From: a virus
Length of the DNA: 64,000 bases
Strand: one strand, 5' to 3'
IMG/VR virus record: IMGVR_UViG_3300042887_005324
Coordinates: 96,001-160,000 of that record
The notes below the pieces were generated by a model. That model was not told the DNA's origin. It did not search any database and worked only from the letters and a program-made list of their open reading frames with translations. Made by a program: the position numbers and the translations under genes. Positions 59,965 through 64,000 of the stretch are shown here, piece after piece; position 1 is the stretch's first letter, and every line of letters begins with the position of its first letter.

Positions 59965-61803
59965 ATGATTAAACAATTAATTGAAAACATAACAAAAGCT
60001 AACGAAGCCTATCGAGTTGGTAGTCCAATAATGTCAGATCAAGATTATGATATTTTAATTGATAAACTACAATCAATCGATCCTAATAATGACTTACTAA
60101 AATCAGTTGGTCACAAAATACAAGACGATTCCCGAAAAAGAAAGTTGCCAATTCCTATGGCTTCTATGAATAAAGTAAAAACCATAGATGAAATAAATGA
60201 TTGGGTAAGATTAAAAATGATAAATCCTAATCAAACTGTTGTAATTACTCCTAAATACGATGGGTTGTCTCTTTGTGTAAACGAATTAACAAAAGAAGCT
60301 TGGACAAGAGGCGATGGTGAATTTGGACAGAAATCAGATAATCACTATAAACTAATTGGTAATAAATTAGGTGAAGTACTTATGTATTCATTCAAATTTA
60401 ACTTCACATTTGGTGAAGTTATGATGCCAAAGAAAGTATTTACAGAAAAATATTCTCAAGAATTTGCTAACCCAAGAAATCTGGTTGCTGGTCTTCTTAA
60501 TTCAAAAGAAGTTACCGAAGCCTTAAAAGATTGTGTCTATATTAAATATGGAGCAGTAAGTGACTCTAAACATTTCTTTAATACAAAAAGTGAAATTCTT
60601 AAAGAGTTAAATGTTGGTCAAGTTATCAAAGTACCATTTGAAGTAATTCCAATTAATCAAATCACTTCTGATTTACTTAATAATCTATTCAAAGCTTGGT
60701 CTGAGGATTTTGAAATCGATGGTTTAATTTTAGAAATCGATTATCTACCTACTCAGGAACAATTAGGTCGTGAGACATCATCTAACAATCCTTGTTTTGC
60801 AAGAGCATTTAAGTCTCCAGATTTTGAACAAACTGCAGAAACTACAATAACTGGTATTACTTGGAACATTTCTAAGCAAGGTCTTCTTAAACCAACTCTT
60901 CATGTTGATCCAATAAAATTAGATGGTGTAACTATTTCTAATGTAACTGGAAATAACGCAAGATTTGTAAAAGACCTTCAGTTAGGATCTGGTGCTAAAG
61001 TAAAAATCAAGAGAAGTGGTATGGTTATTCCAATTATCTATGAAGTGATCGAAGGAGTCGACTTTCAAATGCCAAACATTCCAAACATTGATTGGAATGA
61101 AAATGGTGTAGAACTAATTACTCTTGAAGAAACAGATGATCAAAAGTTCAAACAATTGGTTTCTTTCTTTGAAATTCTTGAAACAGATAATTTTGGAGAA
61201 GGTGTAATTAAACAATTATGGGAAGCTGGTCATAAAACAGTTAAAGACATTTTATCATTAACACAATCTGACTTAGAACAAATTGATAGATTCGGTAAGA
61301 GAAAATCTCAAATAGTCTTGAAATCAATTAAACAAGCTACTACTGATGTAAGTCTCTCTAAGCTTCAACATGCCACTGGATTATTCAAAGGTTTAGGTAG
61401 TAAAAAGTTAGCATTGTTAGAAGGTTTTAAAAATAAACCAACAATCGATCAAATCTTAGAAATTGATGGTTTCGCTGAAATCTCAGCTCAGTCATATATT
61501 GATGGATATGATAATTTCTTCCAGTTTATTAGTGATTTACCAATCACAATTCAAGAAAAAGTTGAGTCAGTAAAGGTATCAAATGATTTAGATGGATTGA
61601 ATTTTGTATTCACTGGCGTAAGAAGACAAGAGCTTGAGGTAATTATTGAGTCTCGTGGTGGGAAGATTGGTAGTAGTGTAAGCAAAAACACAACACATCT
61701 TGTAATGAAATCAGTAGGTTCTGGTTCTTCAAAGGAAAAGAAAGCAATGGATCTTGGTGTAAAAATTATGACTGTTGAACAATTAGAGGAGTTATTAAAA
61801 TAA
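59965..61803 (+). CDS. ligA: NAD-dependent DNA ligase
   Basis: PKYDGLS, TRGDG, FANPRN, HhH region, C-terminal BRCT; TATATTTG at 59952-59959. Confidence 0.95.
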   Translation: MIKQLIENITKANEAYRVGSPIMSDQDYDILIDKLQSIDPNNDLLKSVGHKIQDDSRKRKLPIPMASMNKVKTIDEINDWVRLKMINPNQTVVITPKYDGLSLCVNELTKEAWTRGDGEFGQKSDNHYKLIGNKLGEVLMYSFKFNFTFGEVMMPKKVFTEKYSQEFANPRNLVAGLLNSKEVTEALKDCVYIKYGAVSDSKHFFNTKSEILKELNVGQVIKVPFEVIPINQITSDLLNNLFKAWSEDFEIDGLILEIDYLPTQEQLGRETSSNNPCFARAFKSPDFEQTAETTITGITWNISKQGLLKPTLHVDPIKLDGVTISNVTGNNARFVKDLQLGSGAKVKIKRSGMVIPIIYEVIEGVDFQMPNIPNIDWNENGVELITLEETDDQKFKQLVSFFEILETDNFGEGVIKQLWEAGHKTVKDILSLTQSDLEQIDRFGKRKSQIVLKSIKQATTDVSLSKLQHATGLFKGLGSKKLALLEGFKNKPTIDQILEIDGFAEISAQSYIDGYDNFFQFISDLPITIQEKVESVKVSNDLDGLNFVFTGVRRQELEVIIESRGGKIGSSVSKNTTHLVMKSVGSGSSKEKKAMDLGVKIMTVEQLEELLK

Positions 61804-61936
61804 CTCATAAAAAATTAAACTTTTAATATATATAATCATATAAATTAAGTATATTTATATACATTAACGGCAATTAGAGAGAATTAAGAAATTGATATAT
61901 TGATTATATATCAAAAAACAAAAATAAACGGCAATT

Positions 61937-62548
61937 ATGGCAGAAGAAAAAGAAAAAACAGTCACAACATTCTCAGAACATGAAATCATTTTCAGAGAAA
62001 GAACAGGAAATGATTTTACATTTTTTTACAAAAAGTATTATCCAAAGTTAATCTACTACACACAAAAAATGTGTGGAGACTCACAAAAAGCAGAAGATGT
62101 CACAGTAGAATCTTTTATGACAGCTTTTGAAAAAATCGAAAAGTACGAAAAAGAAAAAGCTCAATTCTCAACTTGGCTATTCACTATTGCTCGTAATATA
62201 ATGTTACAAGACATCAAATCAACTCGTAAAACAATTTCAATCGATGTTGAATTAGACGAAGAAGGTACAACTCTTAAAGACTTCATCGAAGAAGAAGAAG
62301 ATAATTCTCACCTTACAAATCTTAATATCAAAAAAGCTGATATTATGAAAAAACACATTTCTGAACTAAAAGAACCTTATAAATCAGTTATTGAAATGAG
62401 AGAAATTCAGAAAATGGCTTATAAAGATATCGCAGATAAATTAGGAAAAAATTTATCCACGATAAAAAGCCAAATTCGTAACGGTCGAGCTATACTTATA
62501 TCACAGACTCAAAAAGAATTTGACATTCTTGAGAATATGTATTTATAA
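61937..62548 (+). CDS. ECF-type sigma70 factor
   Basis: region 2 AEDV...FSTWLFTIARN; region 4 YKDIADKLGKNLSTIKSQIRNGR. Confidence 0.92.
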   Translation: MAEEKEKTVTTFSEHEIIFRERTGNDFTFFYKKYYPKLIYYTQKMCGDSQKAEDVTVESFMTAFEKIEKYEKEKAQFSTWLFTIARNIMLQDIKSTRKTISIDVELDEEGTTLKDFIEEEEDNSHLTNLNIKKADIMKKHISELKEPYKSVIEMREIQKMAYKDIADKLGKNLSTIKSQIRNGRAILISQTQKEFDILENMYL

Positions 62549-63316
62549 ACTTAGTTTTAAGAAAAATGTTAGTGTATGATCGAGTGGTTTAATTGAACTA
62601 TTTATTGAAGATGAATAGGTTTGATAGACCACTTGGTCATTCACACCAACAGAAACTCCTTTTTTTAACAGATATTCTAAACTGGTATTAAGCCTACCAT
62701 TTATATTATCTTTGAAATCAATTATTTTCCCATTACTCTTTACAGTATAGAGAGAAGGCTGAAAAAATCCAATTGATGAAAATTTAATACTGTTTTTCTT
62801 ATATACAAATTTCAGTCTCGTTGAAGACCTTAAAGCAAAATTGTTAAATTCGTCACCAAAGTTTGATAAAAGATATTCTGGCAAAAACAGTTGAGATAAA
62901 TCAATTTCAAGATTAGAATTTTTAACTAGTTTATGTCCCAATCCCAATCCTAAAGATCCTCTCAAATCTATTTTTCTCAAAAAAGATTGTTCAGACTCAT
63001 TGAAAAATATGAGTCTCCATTCATTTAATCTTCTTGTATAATTAATTGAATTATAAAATTCTCTTTCTCTTATTTTGTAGACTTGATTTGTATTTTGAAC
63101 TTGTGAGTATTGAAAACTAGAATTAACTGAGAGTTGATTTTTTTTGTTTTCGGCTATAATTTCAGGCTTTATATTCAGTGAATAGAAGTTAAAGTTTCCA
63201 GCTGTATAATTACCACCAATATTTAAGTTTTTTTTAACTACTAATGAATCTGTTTGTGATAATAAGCTAAGACTGAAAATTGTGAAAAGTAAACAAAATA
63301 GATTTTTCATATACAA
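62543..63316 (-). CDS. outer-membrane beta-barrel protein (DUF481-like)
   Basis: signal peptide, alternating beta strands, C-terminal TFFLKLSL. Confidence 0.6.
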   Translation of the reverse strand: MYMKNLFCLLFTIFSLSLLSQTDSLVVKKNLNIGGNYTAGNFNFYSLNIKPEIIAENKKNQLSVNSSFQYSQVQNTNQVYKIREREFYNSINYTRRLNEWRLIFFNESEQSFLRKIDLRGSLGLGLGHKLVKNSNLEIDLSQLFLPEYLLSNFGDEFNNFALRSSTRLKFVYKKNSIKFSSIGFFQPSLYTVKSNGKIIDFKDNINGRLNTSLEYLLKKGVSVGVNDQVVYQTYSSSINSSIKPLDHTLTFFLKLSL

Positions 63317-63343
63317 TATATATTAAACTTAAAAAAATAAATT

Positions 63344-63673
63344 ATGAGTATGATTACATATGCTACTGAACTAAATTCAGATAATTTTAAGACCACAATT
63401 AGTAATAATGAACTAGTTGTTGTTGATATCTGGGCTAAATGGTGTGGTCCGTGCAAAATGATATCACCAATTATTGATGAAGTTGCGGCTGAATTCGGAG
63501 AAAAAGTATTAGTCGGGAAACTTGAAACTGATCCTAACAAAGAATTAGTTGGTGAATTAGGTGTTAGAAATATCCCAACAATTTTAATCTACAAAAATGG
63601 CGAAGTTGTTGATCGACTTGTTGGTATGAAAAATAAAGCTGACATAACAGAAACAATAAACAAATACATCTAA
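63344..63673 (+). CDS. trxA: thioredoxin
   Basis: WAKWCGPCK, NIPT. Confidence 0.95.
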   Translation: MSMITYATELNSDNFKTTISNNELVVVDIWAKWCGPCKMISPIIDEVAAEFGEKVLVGKLETDPNKELVGELGVRNIPTILIYKNGEVVDRLVGMKNKADITETINKYI

Positions 63674-63701
63674 AAAAAACCACTCAAATGAGTGGTTTTT
63701 T
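63672..63701. terminator. intrinsic terminator
   Basis: AAAAAACCACTCA-AA-TGAGTGGTTTTTT. Confidence 0.8.
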
Positions 63702-63726
63702 AATTTAATATCACTATATTTGTAGA

Positions 63727-64000
63727 ATGATTGTTAATAGAAAAGCGAGATTTGAATATCATATTCTCAAAGAATACACGGCTGGTATACAACTTTTAGG
63801 GTCTGAGGTTAAATCTCTACGGTCTTCTAATGCTAATATCTCAGAGTCTTATTGTTATATTTGGAATAATGAGATTTTCGTAAAAAATATGTTTATTTCA
63901 AAATACGAAGAATCATCTTGGTTGAATCATGATGAAAGAAGAGACAGAAAATTATTACTCAATAAGTCCGAAATAAGAGAGATTGTTAAATTGAATCAAG
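63727..64000 (+). CDS. smpB: SsrA-binding protein SmpB (3'-truncated by window; not in ORF track)
   Basis: manual translation MIVNRKARFEYHILKEYTAGIQLLGSEVKSLR...NHDERRDRKLLLNK; TATATTTG at 63715-63722. Confidence 0.93.
   Translation, partial: MIVNRKARFEYHILKEYTAGIQLLGSEVKSLRSSNANISESYCYIWNNEIFVKNMFISKYEESSWLNHDERRDRKLLLNKSEIREIVKLNQ

Noticed and set aside
12343-61803. Inteins or introns in uvsX, gp46 or ligA
   Set aside because: Protein lengths and motif spacing are normal; no intein splice-junction motifs or reading-frame breaks seen.
7032-61808. Short antisense or nested ORFs (e.g. 7032, 7649, 7961, 9318, 12627, 28580, 39937, 47950, 55529, 61551)
   Set aside because: They lie opposite or inside well-supported genes and lack motifs or start signals.
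1-64000. Stop-codon reassignment as in some jumbo phages
   Set aside because: Known genes are full length in code 11, and TAG and TGA both terminate genes at sensible positions.
1-64000. Bacterial chromosome or prophage origin
   Set aside because: Housekeeping homologues are isolated singletons among T4-like uvsX/gp46, homing endonucleases and virion genes; no bacterial operons, integrase or att sites seen.

Overview
This is an AT-rich, densely coding 64 kb segment of a large (jumbo) T4-like tailed phage, most likely infecting a Bacteroidota host. The host call rests on Bacteroidota-type TAnnTTTG promoters and Bacteroidota-like metK, rpe and rpsU. It encodes recombination and replication genes (UvsX/RecA, gp46/SbcC, RuvC-like, NAD-dependent ligase), very large virion and fibre proteins (two collagen-like fibres, a WxxGxF-repeat giant), auxiliary metabolic genes (metK, cysK, rpe, phhB, trxA) and many transcription/translation factors (GreA, ECF sigma, bS1, bS21, SmpB, YqeY, an L7/L12-CTD protein, DnaJ). 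Features absent from the ORF track: a tRNA-Arg(UCU) split after U33 by a 206-nt group I intron beside a free-standing HNH nuclease; a tRNA-Cys(GCA) with a compensatorily rewired D/T-loop elbow and A33; and a truncated smpB at the right edge. The most notable unexplained patterns are two short peptide tags shared by unrelated proteins, a C-terminal R-[DN]-x-x-[IL]-x-x-[IL]-[ILG] helix and an N-terminal MKxxxxF[EN] capsid-targeting-like sequence, plus several host-mimic proteins with mutated catalytic residues. All calls come from reading motifs by eye; no searches were run.
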